From Acidimicrobiia bacterium (GTDB taxonomy: Bacteria; Actinomycetota; Acidimicrobiia; Spongiisociales; UBA5794), in contig JASJAX010000008.1 of assembly GCA_030066755.1 (NCBI GenBank), positions 13,958-77,957 of the forward strand: a stretch of DNA of 64,000 bases. The letters run 5' to 3'. The first letter of the stretch is position 1. Each line of letters starts with the position of its first letter. A program made the position numbers and the translations under genes. Positions 1 through 10,064 of the stretch are shown piece after piece. Below the pieces are notes generated by a model. The model made no database searches. It was given only the letters and a program-made list of their open reading frames with translations, and was not told where the DNA came from.

Positions 1-38
1 TGCCGGTGCGGGCAAGCGATGAGGGCGAGGGTGCCGTC

Positions 39-461
39 ATGACCGATGCACCGAAGCCGCACGTCGTCCAGCTGCGACTGGTCGTAGAGGCGGAGGACTT
101 CGATGCCGCGGTGGCGTTCTATCGCGACACTCTCGGCCTGGAACCCGAGTTCGACATCGAGAGCGACGGGGGTGCGCACGTCGTCGCTCTCCAGGTCGGC
201 CGTGCCACGCTCGAGCTCGTCAACCCGCCACAGCGCCGCCTCATCGACGACCTCGAGGTCGGTCGTGACGCGAGCGGCAAGTTCCGGGTCGCGTTCGAGG
301 TCACGGACACACGGTCCGCTACTGACCTCGCAGTGGCGGGGGGTGCCGAACTCATTGCCGCCCCGACCGAGACACCGTGGCGTTCCCTCAACTCGCGCCT
401 CGAAGCCCCCGCCGGCCTGCAAATCACCCTCTTCGAGGAGCTGGAGGAGAGTAGCGAGTAG
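39..461 (+). CDS. VOC/glyoxalase-family protein; the start is uncertain (GTG at 6 or ATG at 39) and the gene may begin upstream of the window
   Basis: Size and composition fit a glyoxalase-like fold (..VVQLRLVVEAEDFDAAVAFYRDTLGLE..). The 3' end, encoding EELEESSE, runs into the heptamer repeat. Confidence 0.5.
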   Translation: MTDAPKPHVVQLRLVVEAEDFDAAVAFYRDTLGLEPEFDIESDGGAHVVALQVGRATLELVNPPQRRLIDDLEVGRDASGKFRVAFEVTDTRSATDLAVAGGAELIAAPTETPWRSLNSRLEAPAGLQITLFEELEESSE

Positions 462-526
462 CGAGTAGCGAGTAGCGAGTACTCAGACTGGCGACTGGCG
501 ACTGGCGACTGGCAACTGGCGACTGG
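449..526. repeat. Tandem heptamer array: GAGTAGC x4 followed by GACTGGC x6
   Basis: Direct reading. The stop codon of the upstream CDS lies inside the array. Confidence 0.9.
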
Positions 527-657
527 CGCCGAAGGCGCCCCAAAGGCCCTTTGTCCCTGGTACGACGCGTAGGTTTTACAGAAGATCAAATCTGCGCTGT
601 GCGTGGGTACACGCCGCATCGGAGCATCGGAAGGGATCCCGTCACAAGGAGTGGCTG

Positions 658-1755
658 ATGGCTATTGAGGTACGGAAGGTCGTTCTCGAGAGTGTGAGTG
701 ACGCATCGGGCTTGGCCGAGCTCATCGACAAGGGTGTGTTCGAGGCGGACGGCGTCATCGCCGTCGTCGGCAAGACCGAGGGCAACGGCGGCGTCAACGA
801 CTTCACCCGGATCCTCGCCGATCAGGCATTCCGCAAGGTGTTGATGGAGCGGGGGACCCGTCCCGAAGAGGAAGTTGCCGAGATCCCGATGGTGTGGTCC
901 GGGGGCACCGACGGCATCCTGTGTCCCCATGCGACCGTGTTTGCGCGTGTCGACGACAAGGAACCGGCCTCGGATGAACCGCGGCTGGCCGTGGGCTACG
1001 CCATGAGCGACACGATCCTCCCGGAGGACATCGGCCGGCCCGCCATGGTGGAGAAGGTAGCCGAGGGCGTGCGGCGAGCCATGGGCGAAGCCGGCATCAC
1101 GGATCCGGCCGACGTGCATTACGTCCAGACGAAGACTCCGTTGCTCGTCATGGAGACGATCAACGATGCGAAGGCACGAGGCCACACCGTGTTCACCGAG
1201 GATCCGCTGGAGTCGATGAACGTGTCCAACGGCACGTCGGCACTCGGCATTGCCGTTGCGCTCGGTGAGATCGATATGCCGTCGGCCGAGCAGATCGGCC
1301 ATGACCTCAGCCTGTTCTCGTCGGTGGCCTCGTGCTCGTCCGGCGTCGAACTCGATCAAGCCCAGACCGTCGTCGTGGGGAATGCGCCCGGCGCCGGTGG
1401 CCGGTATCGCATCGGCCACGACGTCATGAACGATGCGCTCGACTTCGAAGGGGTGTACCGAGCGATCCGCAACGCAGGCCTCGACCTGCCCGACCGTGCT
1501 CGGCCCGAGGACCTCGATGGACGTCTCGTCAATGTCTTCGCCAAGTGTGAGGCCGACCCCACCTCCCGCCTGCGAGGGCGGCGCCAAGTGTCCCTCGACG
1601 ACTCCGACGTGCACCACCACCGCCACATCAAGGGTGCAGTCGGCGGTGTGATCGCCGCTGCCATCAACGATGCGGCAGTGTTCGTCTCGGTGGCGGCACT
1701 CCATCAAGGTCCATCGGGTGGCGGACCCGTCGCCGCGATCGTCGATCTCGGCTGA
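658..1755 (+). CDS. Ring-opening amidohydrolase of the barbiturase / cyanuric acid amidohydrolase (AtzD/TrtA) family; candidate barbiturase
   Basis: 365 aa. The N-terminal motif [16 protein letters not shown] matches the AtzD/barbiturase signature (KTEGNGCVNDYTR in AtzD). An AAGGAG RBS lies upstream. The size is typical of this three-repeat fold. Confidence 0.75.
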   Translation: MAIEVRKVVLESVSDASGLAELIDKGVFEADGVIAVVGKTEGNGGVNDFTRILADQAFRKVLMERGTRPEEEVAEIPMVWSGGTDGILCPHATVFARVDDKEPASDEPRLAVGYAMSDTILPEDIGRPAMVEKVAEGVRRAMGEAGITDPADVHYVQTKTPLLVMETINDAKARGHTVFTEDPLESMNVSNGTSALGIAVALGEIDMPSAEQIGHDLSLFSSVASCSSGVELDQAQTVVVGNAPGAGGRYRIGHDVMNDALDFEGVYRAIRNAGLDLPDRARPEDLDGRLVNVFAKCEADPTSRLRGRRQVSLDDSDVHHHRHIKGAVGGVIAAAINDAAVFVSVAALHQGPSGGGPVAAIVDLG

Positions 1756-2601
1756 TTGGTGACCGCACCGGCGGTTGAGCAGGCGGCACCGCCGGCACTC
1801 GTTGAGGTGCCGGCGGTGGCCAGCCTCGCCGTGAGAGCCCTGGTCGCCGGACGACGCAGACGGTTCGGGGTGCTTGGAGCCTCGACCCACGCTGTGTGGC
1901 TCGACGGAGGTCACGACGTGCTCGTGCTTTCGACCCGCGATGCGACCCGGCTGCCCAACAGCGTGGAGCTGCCCTTCGATGCAGACCGAGCGTTGATGGC
2001 GAGTATTCCGCCCGGCGACACGATGCAGGTCGGCGGCGGTTTTGTCACCGGTGGACCGCTGACCGTGCGCGTCGTTCGTTGGTGGGATCCGCGGCTCGTT
2101 CTGGCGCCCGTCGCGCCGGGTGTGCTCGAGCGTCGTCTCAACGGCCTACCGGGCGAGGTCCCCGGGATCGACTCAGAGCCGCTGGCGTGTGCGATCCGGG
2201 CCCGGTGCCCCACCGGCGTACTCGACGCAGCAACCGAGCTGCTCGGTCTCGGGGACGGGTTGACCCCGGAGGCCGACGACATGGTGGCCGGCACACTGGC
2301 CGGAACTCGGTGTCTCGGTCACGCACTCGGTATGCGACGAAGCGTGGCTGCGCTCGACGCCGTTGCTCCGGTGCTGATGGCGACCGCAATGGCTCGTACG
2401 ACGACGTTCTCGGCCGCCTTGCTTCGGCACGCGCTGCGGGGCGAGGTTGCGGCTCCCGCTGCAGCTTTCCTCCGCGCCTTGGCCGGCCGTGGAGACGTTG
2501 TCGCTGCCCACACGCAATTGAGAAAGGTTGGACACTCGTCCGGTCGGGCGCTGGCGGCGGGCATCGTTCTCGCCGGGCGCACGCTGATCGCGACCGCATG
2601 A
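1756..2601 (+). CDS. DUF2877-like protein, the YlbF-type component of the FdrA/YlbE/YlbF trio
   Basis: About 280 aa and Ala/Gly-rich. It abuts the upstream stop and sits directly before the FdrA and DUF1116 homologs. The assignment rests on size plus context and is weaker on sequence. Confidence 0.4.
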   Translation: MVTAPAVEQAAPPALVEVPAVASLAVRALVAGRRRRFGVLGASTHAVWLDGGHDVLVLSTRDATRLPNSVELPFDADRALMASIPPGDTMQVGGGFVTGGPLTVRVVRWWDPRLVLAPVAPGVLERRLNGLPGEVPGIDSEPLACAIRARCPTGVLDAATELLGLGDGLTPEADDMVAGTLAGTRCLGHALGMRRSVAALDAVAPVLMATAMARTTTFSAALLRHALRGEVAAPAAAFLRALAGRGDVVAAHTQLRKVGHSSGRALAAGIVLAGRTLIATA

Positions 2602-2617
2602 TTGAAGGAGATGCCAG

Positions 2618-4054
2618 ATGATCGCTCGGGTCGAGGTTCAGCCCGGTCGGTACCACGACTCGGTGCGCCTGATGCAGGCCAGCAAGGTGTTGCAGGAGCT
2701 TCCCGGGATCGCCGACGCCCTCGTTGCCATGGGGACCGAGCTGAACCTCAGTCTCCTCGCCGACATGGGTTTCGATGCCGACGCTGCGGCGGGTGCGGGT
2801 CCGAATGACCTGTTGCTCGCGGTCAGGGCGGAGAACGACCAGGTGATGGAAGCCGCCCGACTCGCGCTCGAAGCCGCGTTGTCCGCGAAGCCGGTTGCGT
2901 CCGGGGGTCTGGATGGACCGGAGCCGCGCACCGTAGGTTCCGTAGCCGCACGAAGCGACGCGAACGTGGCATTGCTGTCGATGCCGGGAGAGCATGTGTT
3001 CGTCGAAGCGATGGACGCGCTCGACGCCGGCCTCCACGTGATGATCTTCAGCGACAACGTTCCTCTCGAGCAGGAGATTGCGCTGAAGGCCGCCGCCTCC
3101 AACCGGGGGCTGCTCGTCATGGGGCCGGATTGCGGCACGGCCATCGTCGGCGGTGTTGGCCTCGGGTTTGCCAATGCGATGCAACCCGGACCGGTCGGCA
3201 TCGTGGGTGCTTCAGGCACGGGCATTCAAGAGCTGTGCTGCCTGCTCGACGACGCCGACGTCGGCGTCACCCATGCACTCGGTACCGGCAGTCGAGACCT
3301 CTCTGAGTCCGTGGGCGCAGTCTCCACTCTGCAGGCGCTCAGCGCACTCGACACCCATCCACCAACGGAGCTGATCGTGGTGATCTCGAAGCCCCCCGCG
3401 GCGTCCGTTGCAGCGCGAGTCCGGGGAGCAGCCGCTGCTTGCAGTACGCCCACTGTCGTCACCTTCATGGGAGAAACCACGATCGAAGAGGGCGCTGCCG
3501 AGGTGTTGATGCGGCTCGGGGTCCCCGAGCCTGCGTATCGCTCGTGGGACTCCGGAGGTGGTCCGGTGCGACAGGGAACGATCCGAGGGCTGTTCTCCGG
3601 AGGAACGCTCCGCGACGAAGCGAGGTTCATCGCCATGGCCGAAGTCGGCGAGGTCGGCACGGTCGAAACCGCAGACGGTCACTGTTTCGTCGACTATGGG
3701 GACGACGAGTACACCAAGGGTCGTGCCCACCCAATGATCGACCAAACGGTGCGGCTCGATCGGCTGGCTGCCGCTGCCGATGATGCAACCATCGGCGTCA
3801 TCCTGATGGACGTCGTGCTCGGCTACGGCGCCAACCCGGACCCGGCATCCGAGCTCACCCCGATGATCCAGCGGGCAACGGACGCAGGAGCCGCCGTGGT
3901 GGTGTCGCTCTGCGGCACGCGGGGCGACCCGCAAGGCCGAGACGAGCAAGCCGCCGCACTCAACGGCGCCGGAGCGTCGGTGTGGCTCTCCAATGCCGCG
4001 GCCGCCCGTGAAGCCGTGCGCGTCTTCGCGGCGACGAACGGAGGCACGACGTGA
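2618..4054 (+). CDS. FdrA-family protein (succinyl-CoA-synthetase-alpha-like CoA-binding/ligase-CoA domains)
   Basis: The N-terminal MIARVEVQPGRYHDSVRLMQASK.. resembles the FdrA start. An SCS-alpha-like block VMGPDCGTAIVGG..GIVGASGTGIQEL is present. AAGGAG RBS upstream; GTGA overlap with the next gene. Confidence 0.65.
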   Translation: MIARVEVQPGRYHDSVRLMQASKVLQELPGIADALVAMGTELNLSLLADMGFDADAAAGAGPNDLLLAVRAENDQVMEAARLALEAALSAKPVASGGLDGPEPRTVGSVAARSDANVALLSMPGEHVFVEAMDALDAGLHVMIFSDNVPLEQEIALKAAASNRGLLVMGPDCGTAIVGGVGLGFANAMQPGPVGIVGASGTGIQELCCLLDDADVGVTHALGTGSRDLSESVGAVSTLQALSALDTHPPTELIVVISKPPAASVAARVRGAAAACSTPTVVTFMGETTIEEGAAEVLMRLGVPEPAYRSWDSGGGPVRQGTIRGLFSGGTLRDEARFIAMAEVGEVGTVETADGHCFVDYGDDEYTKGRAHPMIDQTVRLDRLAAAADDATIGVILMDVVLGYGANPDPASELTPMIQRATDAGAAVVVSLCGTRGDPQGRDEQAAALNGAGASVWLSNAAAAREAVRVFAATNGGTT

Positions 4055-5457
4055 GCGATCTCGACCAACTCCTCGACACTGAGGCATCGGTTGCAGCAGT
4101 CGGCACCGAGATGCTCGCTGCGGCCATCGATCAGCAGGGTGCCGCAGTTCACCGTGCCGATTGGCAACCACCGACACCGGGAACCGCGGCCGCGCTGGCG
4201 CGGCTCGCAGCAGGTGGGAGTACGGCCGAAGCGAACTCGACCGCCTTGACCCGAATGCTGGCCGTTCGGCCACAACTCACCGACGTCAGCACGGCGATCG
4301 AGGTGATCCCGGGCATGACCGAGCGGACGTTCCTCCACGCCGGTCCACCTCTCGAATGGGAACGCGCCAGCGGGCCGACGCGCGGAGCCCTCATCGGCGC
4401 CCTCATCTACGAGGGTCTGGCAGCCGATCCAAGTGAAGCTGAGGCGATTGCGGCGGCCGGCGAGATCGAGCTGTCACCGTGCCATCATCATTCGGCCGTT
4501 GGACCGATGGCCGGCGTCACGTCTGCGTCGATGCCGGTTGCGGTGGTCGAAGATGCTGCCGGCGATGGTGTGGCGTACTCAACGCTCAACGAAGGACTCG
4601 GGAAGGTCCTTCGATACGGTGCGTTCGCCGCGGAAGTCATTGAACGGTTGCGCTGGATGCAAGAGGTCCTCGGACCCGTACTCGGCGCAGCCCTGCGCAG
4701 CAGGGGACCGATCGGCCTCCAGTCGTTGATCGCGCAAGCGCTGCAGATGGGCGACGACGGCCACAATCGCAATCGGGCCGTGACCTCGCTGTTCCTGCGT
4801 GAGATCGGAGGTGCGCTCGTCGACGGAGCGGACGCTCCGGTGACCGACCGCAAGGCCGTCTTCGAGTTCATCGACGGCAACGACCACTTCATGCTCAATC
4901 TCGTCATGGCCGCCGGGAAGCTCGGGTCCGACGCCGCCGCCGGCGTAGCGGCATCGAGCTTGGTGACCGTCATGGCTCGGAACGGAACCGACTTCGGGGT
5001 TCGGCTGTCGGGAACGGGGGATGCCTGGTTCACGGCGCCGGCTCCGCCGGTTGATGGGCTCTACCTCGGCGCCTTCACGGAAGATGACGCCAGCCCGGAC
5101 ATCGGAGACTCGACGATCACGGAGACGGTCGGTCTCGGAGGCTTTGCGATGGCGGCGGCCCCGGCCATCGTCGGCTTTGTCGGCGGCACGGCTGCAGGCG
5201 CCGTTCGTCGCACCCTGGCGATGTACGAGATCACGCTCGGAGAGCACCCGGCGTATCAGATCCCCATGCTCGAGTTCCGTGGAACCCCCGTCGGGATCGA
5301 TGCGGCGCTCGTTGTGCGGACCGGAATCCGACCTCAGATCAACACGGGGGTTGCCGGCAAGGTCCCGGGCACCGGCATGGTCGGTGCCGGGTTGGTTGAA
5401 GCCCCCATGGAATGCTTTACAGAAGGTATAACTGCCCTAGCGGAGAGATTGGAGTAG
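4051..5457 (+). CDS. DUF1116 (YlbE-like) protein
   Basis: 468 aa. Its start overlaps the FdrA stop (GTGA), and it sits in the conserved position between the FdrA homolog and the next operon genes. Confidence 0.5.
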   Translation: MSDLDQLLDTEASVAAVGTEMLAAAIDQQGAAVHRADWQPPTPGTAAALARLAAGGSTAEANSTALTRMLAVRPQLTDVSTAIEVIPGMTERTFLHAGPPLEWERASGPTRGALIGALIYEGLAADPSEAEAIAAAGEIELSPCHHHSAVGPMAGVTSASMPVAVVEDAAGDGVAYSTLNEGLGKVLRYGAFAAEVIERLRWMQEVLGPVLGAALRSRGPIGLQSLIAQALQMGDDGHNRNRAVTSLFLREIGGALVDGADAPVTDRKAVFEFIDGNDHFMLNLVMAAGKLGSDAAAGVAASSLVTVMARNGTDFGVRLSGTGDAWFTAPAPPVDGLYLGAFTEDDASPDIGDSTITETVGLGGFAMAAAPAIVGFVGGTAAGAVRRTLAMYEITLGEHPAYQIPMLEFRGTPVGIDAALVVRTGIRPQINTGVAGKVPGTGMVGAGLVEAPMECFTEGITALAERLE

Positions 5458-5536
5458 GCGTCATCATGCCAGCGAAGGCTCCACCAGGCTTCACTGATTG
5501 CGTTTGCATCCTCAATCGGGTTGGGAGGAGATTTCC

Positions 5537-6421
5537 GTGGTGATTGCGCACGAGTTCGCATACGAACGTCCGACGACGCTCGAGGAAGCCACACGGGTGT
5601 TGACGGAACACTCCGGGTCGGTACGGCTCTTGGCTGGAGGCACCGATCTCGTCGCTTGGTTGCGCGACGACGCGGTCGCTCCGGATCTCGTGGTCGACAT
5701 CAAAGCGATCCCCGGTCTCGACACCATCGAGCTCGATGGTGACGAGCTTCACGTCGGATCGCTCGTGACCTTCACGGACTTGATCGAGTCCGAAGTAGTT
5801 GCCGAGCATGCTCCGTTGCTCATCGAAATGGCTGAGACCGTCGCGTCTCCCGGTATCCGGAATCGGGCCACCATGGTCGGCAATATCTGCTCGGCGGTCC
5901 CGTCGTGCGACGCGGGGCCGGTACTGATGGCCTACGACACGACCGTACATCTCATCGGACCGGGCGGCGCCCGGTCCGTTTCGATTGACGACTGGTTCAT
6001 CGGTCTGCGTGAGACGGCGTGTTCCGACGACGAGGTGGTCACCCACTTGACCCTTGCGCTGCGGCCGCACGGCGGGGTGTATGTGAAGCTGATGCGCTAC
6101 GGCGGAGAAGACCTCGCTCAGGCAGCCGTCGGCATCGTCGAGTACCCCGGCCACGAATACCGCGTCGCGTTTGGCGCAGTCGCCCCAACACCGATTCGGG
6201 CGCACCGCATCGAAGAAGTGCTTCGAGGGAAGCCGCTCGGTGAGGAAGTGATCGCTGATGCCGTGGCGTTGGTCCGCGACGAGATCAGCCCGATCACCGA
6301 CATGCGAGCCACCGCGGAGTACCGGGCACGGATGTGCGAGGTGATGCTCGAACGGGGGCTGGCCGCCTCCCACGAGCGACTCGAAGGCGCGGGACCTGCC
6401 TACGGCACTCGACTGATCTGA
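5537..6421 (+). CDS. FAD-binding subunit (CoxM/XdhB-like) of a xanthine-dehydrogenase-family molybdoenzyme
   Basis: A GGGAGGAG RBS lies 6 nt before the GTG. A CoxM-like FAD-binding (FAD_binding_5) and CO_dehydrogenase-flavoprotein C-terminal pattern is present (LLAGGTDL..). Confidence 0.8.
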   Translation: MVIAHEFAYERPTTLEEATRVLTEHSGSVRLLAGGTDLVAWLRDDAVAPDLVVDIKAIPGLDTIELDGDELHVGSLVTFTDLIESEVVAEHAPLLIEMAETVASPGIRNRATMVGNICSAVPSCDAGPVLMAYDTTVHLIGPGGARSVSIDDWFIGLRETACSDDEVVTHLTLALRPHGGVYVKLMRYGGEDLAQAAVGIVEYPGHEYRVAFGAVAPTPIRAHRIEEVLRGKPLGEEVIADAVALVRDEISPITDMRATAEYRARMCEVMLERGLAASHERLEGAGPAYGTRLI

Positions 6422-6431
6422 GAGGACGGCT

Positions 6432-6902
6432 ATGGAGCTATCACTGAACGTCAACAACGAGGAGTGGGCCCTCGACGTTGCTCCGGCAGACGTCCTCCTC
6501 GACGTGTTGCGGGAGCGGGTTGGTACGAAGAGCCCGAAGATCGGGTGTGAGCGCGGCGACTGCGGCTCGTGCACGATTCTGATCGACGGCCGCTCAGTGC
6601 GGAGTTGCCTGGTGCTCGCCGTCGAGGCCGAGGGACACGAGATCACCACGGTTGAAGGCATCGGCGCTGATCACCTGAGCGAGTTGCAGAACCTCTTCAT
6701 CTCGAACAATTCCTTCCAATGCGGATTCTGCGCTCCGGGAATCGTGTTGTCCGCCACCGAACTGTTGGCACGCAACCCATCGCCGAGTCGCCATGACGTC
6801 CAGGAGGCCCTGTCGGGCAACCTGTGTCGCTGCACCGGGTACGAGCCGATCATCGAGGCGGTCCTGGCTGCGGGTGAGCGGAACGAGGAGGTGTCCGCAT
6901 GA
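6432..6902 (+). CDS. 2Fe-2S iron-sulfur subunit (CoxS-like)
   Basis: Cysteine motifs CERGDCGSCT, CGFCAPG and CRCTGY are present. Confidence 0.85.
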   Translation: MELSLNVNNEEWALDVAPADVLLDVLRERVGTKSPKIGCERGDCGSCTILIDGRSVRSCLVLAVEAEGHEITTVEGIGADHLSELQNLFISNNSFQCGFCAPGIVLSATELLARNPSPSRHDVQEALSGNLCRCTGYEPIIEAVLAAGERNEEVSA

Positions 6903-9280
6903 CGACGACGTATCCGTTCGAAGCCGATTCGGTCGACGATGCGCTGACGGCCGTGGGCACGCCGGCGGTACGGATCGACGGCCTCGACAAGATCAGTGGA
7001 GCGGCACAGTTCGTCGATGATCTCGACTTCGGGCCCGACCTGCTGCACGGTGCGGTCGTCGAAAGCCCGCATGCGTACGCCCGGATCGTTTCGATCGACA
7101 CGAGCGCGGCCGAAGCGGCGCCGGGTGTCGTCAAGGTCATCACCGGCGAGGACTTCCCGTACAACTTCGGCATGTACATGGAGGATCGGTACATCTTCGC
7201 CCAGCACCATGTGCGCTTCGTCGGCGAGCAGGTCGCCGGTGTGATTGCCCGGACGCATCGCCAGGCGGTTCGAGCAGCCAAGCTGGTGGAGGTCGAATAC
7301 GAGGTGCTCGAGCCCCTGCTCGATCCCAAGGAGGCGGTCGCTGAAGACGCCCCGCTGATTCACCCGAACCTCGGTGACTACGCGCACGTGCCGTGGTTCT
7401 TCCCGAAGGCCGACACCAACATCGCCCACTGGCGAAAGATCCGCAAAGGTGACACGGAGAAGGCGTTCGCTGAGGCCGACTACGTACTCGAAGACACCTA
7501 TCGAGTGCCTCGCTACGCGCATTGCGCTATCGAGCCCCATGTCACAGTCGGCAAACTCGATCATGCAGGCCGACTGACGGTGTGGACGGCGTCGCAGTCG
7601 CCACACACGCAGCGGCACCTCTTCGCCGAAGCGCTGGCGCCACTCGGATTCGCCCACAAGGACGTACGGGTCATCACCCCGTACGTCGGGGGCGGATTCG
7701 GGGGGAAGGCCGGCGTGTCGATGGAGATCATCGGCGCAGCAATGGCGACGGCCGTCAAGGGGCACCCGGTCAAGCTGCGGTTCACCCGCGAGCAGGAGTT
7801 CTACAACACCTATCAACGTCAAGGTGTGGTCGCCGAACTCAAGGTCGGCGTGATGAACAACGGCACGATCACTGCGGTCGAGCACAAGCTCTACTGGGAC
7901 GCCGGCGCGTACGTCGAGTACGGCGCCAACGTCGTCAACGCCGCCGGTCTGTCGGCAACCGGGCCATATCGCGTCCCGAACATCAGCAACGATTCGTTGT
8001 GTGTGTACACCAACCTGCCACCGGGTGGTCCGTACCGCGGATTCGGGTACTCCGAATTCCACTTCGGTCTCGAGTCGCACATGGATCGCATCGCCGAAGC
8101 GATCGGAATGGATCCGGTTGATTTCCGCCGCAAGAACGCCATCGTCGAAGGCGACGAACTGTCGTACGGCGGCCATATGAACCCGTCGGGAATGATCGAA
8201 GCGATCGACAAGACGGCAGCGGCGATCGAGTGGGGCGTCGACGAGGAGTCGAAGAACCCGAACACCATCATGGGCAAGGGGGTCGCCCTGTTCTGGAAGG
8301 CCCCGGCGATGCCCCCGAACGCGTCGTCGGCGTCGTTCCTCAAGTTCAACGAGGACGGCAGCGTCAACGTGAGCGTGTCGGGCATGGAACTCGGTCAGGG
8401 GTACCTCACGGTGATGGCCCAGATCGCAGCTGAGATCCTTGGGCTGCCCGTCGAGATGGTCCGGGTCGAGACGCCCGACACGGATCGCAATCCGTACGAG
8501 TGGCAGACCGTGGCATCGCACGTGACCTGGAGCTCAGGTCTCGCCGTCGAGAAGGCTGCGATCGAAGCACGCGCCAAGATCTTCGAGGTCATCCACGAGG
8601 TCTACGGCTTCGAGGACGAGACGCTCTACCTCGAAGATCAGAAGGTGAAGTGCACCACGGATCCGGAGTTCGCCAAACCGCTCCGCGAGTTCGTGATCGA
8701 CGGTATCCAAACCGACGACGGCACCTGGCGGGGTGGTCCGATCATCGCCAGCGGCAAGTTCATGCCGGAGTTCACGAATGCGAACAGCGATCCGGAGACC
8801 GGTCAGGGTGGCCACCCCAACGTGCACTACACGGTTGGTGCGTGCGGCGTCCTGATCGAGATCGACAAGGAGACCGGCCGGATCTGGGTGCGTAAGGCGG
8901 CGCTCGCGGTCGATGCCGGGAAAGCCATCAACCCCGATCTGGTGAAGGGTCAGATCACCGGCGGCCTGGTGCAGGGACTGGCAACCGTCCTGTACGAGGA
9001 CATGCGCTTCGATGACGACGGCCGGCTCATGAACCCGAACTTCACCGACTACAAGATCCCGACGTCGTTCGACATTCCTGACGAGATGATCCCGATCATC
9101 GTCGAGGTCCCTCAGCCGGACGGCCCGTTTGGCGCCCGTGGCGTGGGCGAGCACACGATGATTGCCGCCGCACCCGTGATTGCGAACGCGGTCTACAACG
9201 CCCTCGGCGTCCGGATCAAGTCCATGCCCATCACCCAGGAGAAGATCGCGCTGGCCGTAACCGACCGGCACCACAACTGA
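6899..9280 (+). CDS. Molybdopterin-binding large subunit (xanthine dehydrogenase / aldehyde oxidase family); candidate uracil/thymine dehydrogenase catalytic subunit
   Basis: 793 aa. ATGA overlap with the FeS subunit. The GGGFGGK motif is present and the CODH-type AYRCSFR loop is absent. Confidence 0.8.
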   Translation: MTTTYPFEADSVDDALTAVGTPAVRIDGLDKISGAAQFVDDLDFGPDLLHGAVVESPHAYARIVSIDTSAAEAAPGVVKVITGEDFPYNFGMYMEDRYIFAQHHVRFVGEQVAGVIARTHRQAVRAAKLVEVEYEVLEPLLDPKEAVAEDAPLIHPNLGDYAHVPWFFPKADTNIAHWRKIRKGDTEKAFAEADYVLEDTYRVPRYAHCAIEPHVTVGKLDHAGRLTVWTASQSPHTQRHLFAEALAPLGFAHKDVRVITPYVGGGFGGKAGVSMEIIGAAMATAVKGHPVKLRFTREQEFYNTYQRQGVVAELKVGVMNNGTITAVEHKLYWDAGAYVEYGANVVNAAGLSATGPYRVPNISNDSLCVYTNLPPGGPYRGFGYSEFHFGLESHMDRIAEAIGMDPVDFRRKNAIVEGDELSYGGHMNPSGMIEAIDKTAAAIEWGVDEESKNPNTIMGKGVALFWKAPAMPPNASSASFLKFNEDGSVNVSVSGMELGQGYLTVMAQIAAEILGLPVEMVRVETPDTDRNPYEWQTVASHVTWSSGLAVEKAAIEARAKIFEVIHEVYGFEDETLYLEDQKVKCTTDPEFAKPLREFVIDGIQTDDGTWRGGPIIASGKFMPEFTNANSDPETGQGGHPNVHYTVGACGVLIEIDKETGRIWVRKAALAVDAGKAINPDLVKGQITGGLVQGLATVLYEDMRFDDDGRLMNPNFTDYKIPTSFDIPDEMIPIIVEVPQPDGPFGARGVGEHTMIAAAPVIANAVYNALGVRIKSMPITQEKIALAVTDRHHN

Positions 9281-9305
9281 GTCAAACCGAAGGAGAAGGA
9301 GCTGC

Positions 9306-10064
9306 ATGTCCGTCGACCTAGAGAAGATCCTTCGACCGGTTGACACCCCGATGAAGCCGTACGAGCCCAAGTACATGCTCTTGGCGAGCGGCGAAGCGGT
9401 GGTCGTCCGCCAGGTCGAACGTGACGAGATTCCCGATCTCTTGAAACACGTGGAGCCGCTCCTTCACGTGGAGCGCGACTTCTACGACGTGGTGGCGGCT
9501 CGGGTCTACTCCGAACTGCTGGCCCACTACCGGCACCGCTACCAGGACCAATACGTCCTCGCCGTCCAGATCGACGGCGAGCTCGCCGCCATCGTCAACG
9601 GACGCCAGGTCACGCCGAAGCTCGGTATGTCCCTGCACACGTTGGCCTTGCGGCGCGGCCTCCGGGTCGGGGCGCACGCGTTTGCCGCCAAGATGGAGTA
9701 CCACATCGACACGCTCGGCCACGACGAGGTGCTCATCGTCGCCGAGTCTCCGATCGGATTCCGTCGCTGGATGATCGAGTACAAGCTCGAGAAGCGATTC
9801 GACATCCCACACGAACTCGGTGGCGTGCCCTCGTGGGCGCTGACCCGCGAGTTGTTCGATCGGGCACGGTCGAGCCTCGTTGTAGGTCGCCGGCCGGTTC
9901 CCGATGAGCTGCTCGACAAGGCCATGGCGGCGATCTTGCCGCCGTCGGATCCGCCGACGCCACCGCTCGATCCGCTCGCCGCCACCCGGTCGATGTACGA
10001 CCCCACCGCGACCTCGTTGATGGCGCAGCGCTGGGAGATGGAAGGGAGGTCGGCCGATGCGTGA
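9306..10064 (+). CDS. Hypothetical protein, possibly a GNAT-like acyltransferase fold
   Basis: 252 aa, in-operon, with an 8-nt overlap with the downstream thiolase. I could not assign a family. Confidence 0.35.
   Translation: MSVDLEKILRPVDTPMKPYEPKYMLLASGEAVVVRQVERDEIPDLLKHVEPLLHVERDFYDVVAARVYSELLAHYRHRYQDQYVLAVQIDGELAAIVNGRQVTPKLGMSLHTLALRRGLRVGAHAFAAKMEYHIDTLGHDEVLIVAESPIGFRRWMIEYKLEKRFDIPHELGGVPSWALTRELFDRARSSLVVGRRPVPDELLDKAMAAILPPSDPPTPPLDPLAATRSMYDPTATSLMAQRWEMEGRSADA

Noticed and set aside
586-1914. Long minus-strand ORF (442 aa) overlapping the amidohydrolase gene. Similar long antisense ORFs occur at 2138..3184, 3212..4273, 5417..6661, 6671..8521, 9733..11070, 14934..16034, 18560..20368, 20314..22059, 22280..23437, 32530..34458, 39109..42081, 42121..43689, 43693..44910, 51424..52887 and 54828..55913.
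   Set aside because: These are shadow ORFs typical of high-GC DNA. Their translations are Arg/Pro/Gly/His-rich and low-complexity with no recognisable motifs, and each lies antisense to a gene with clear family signatures.
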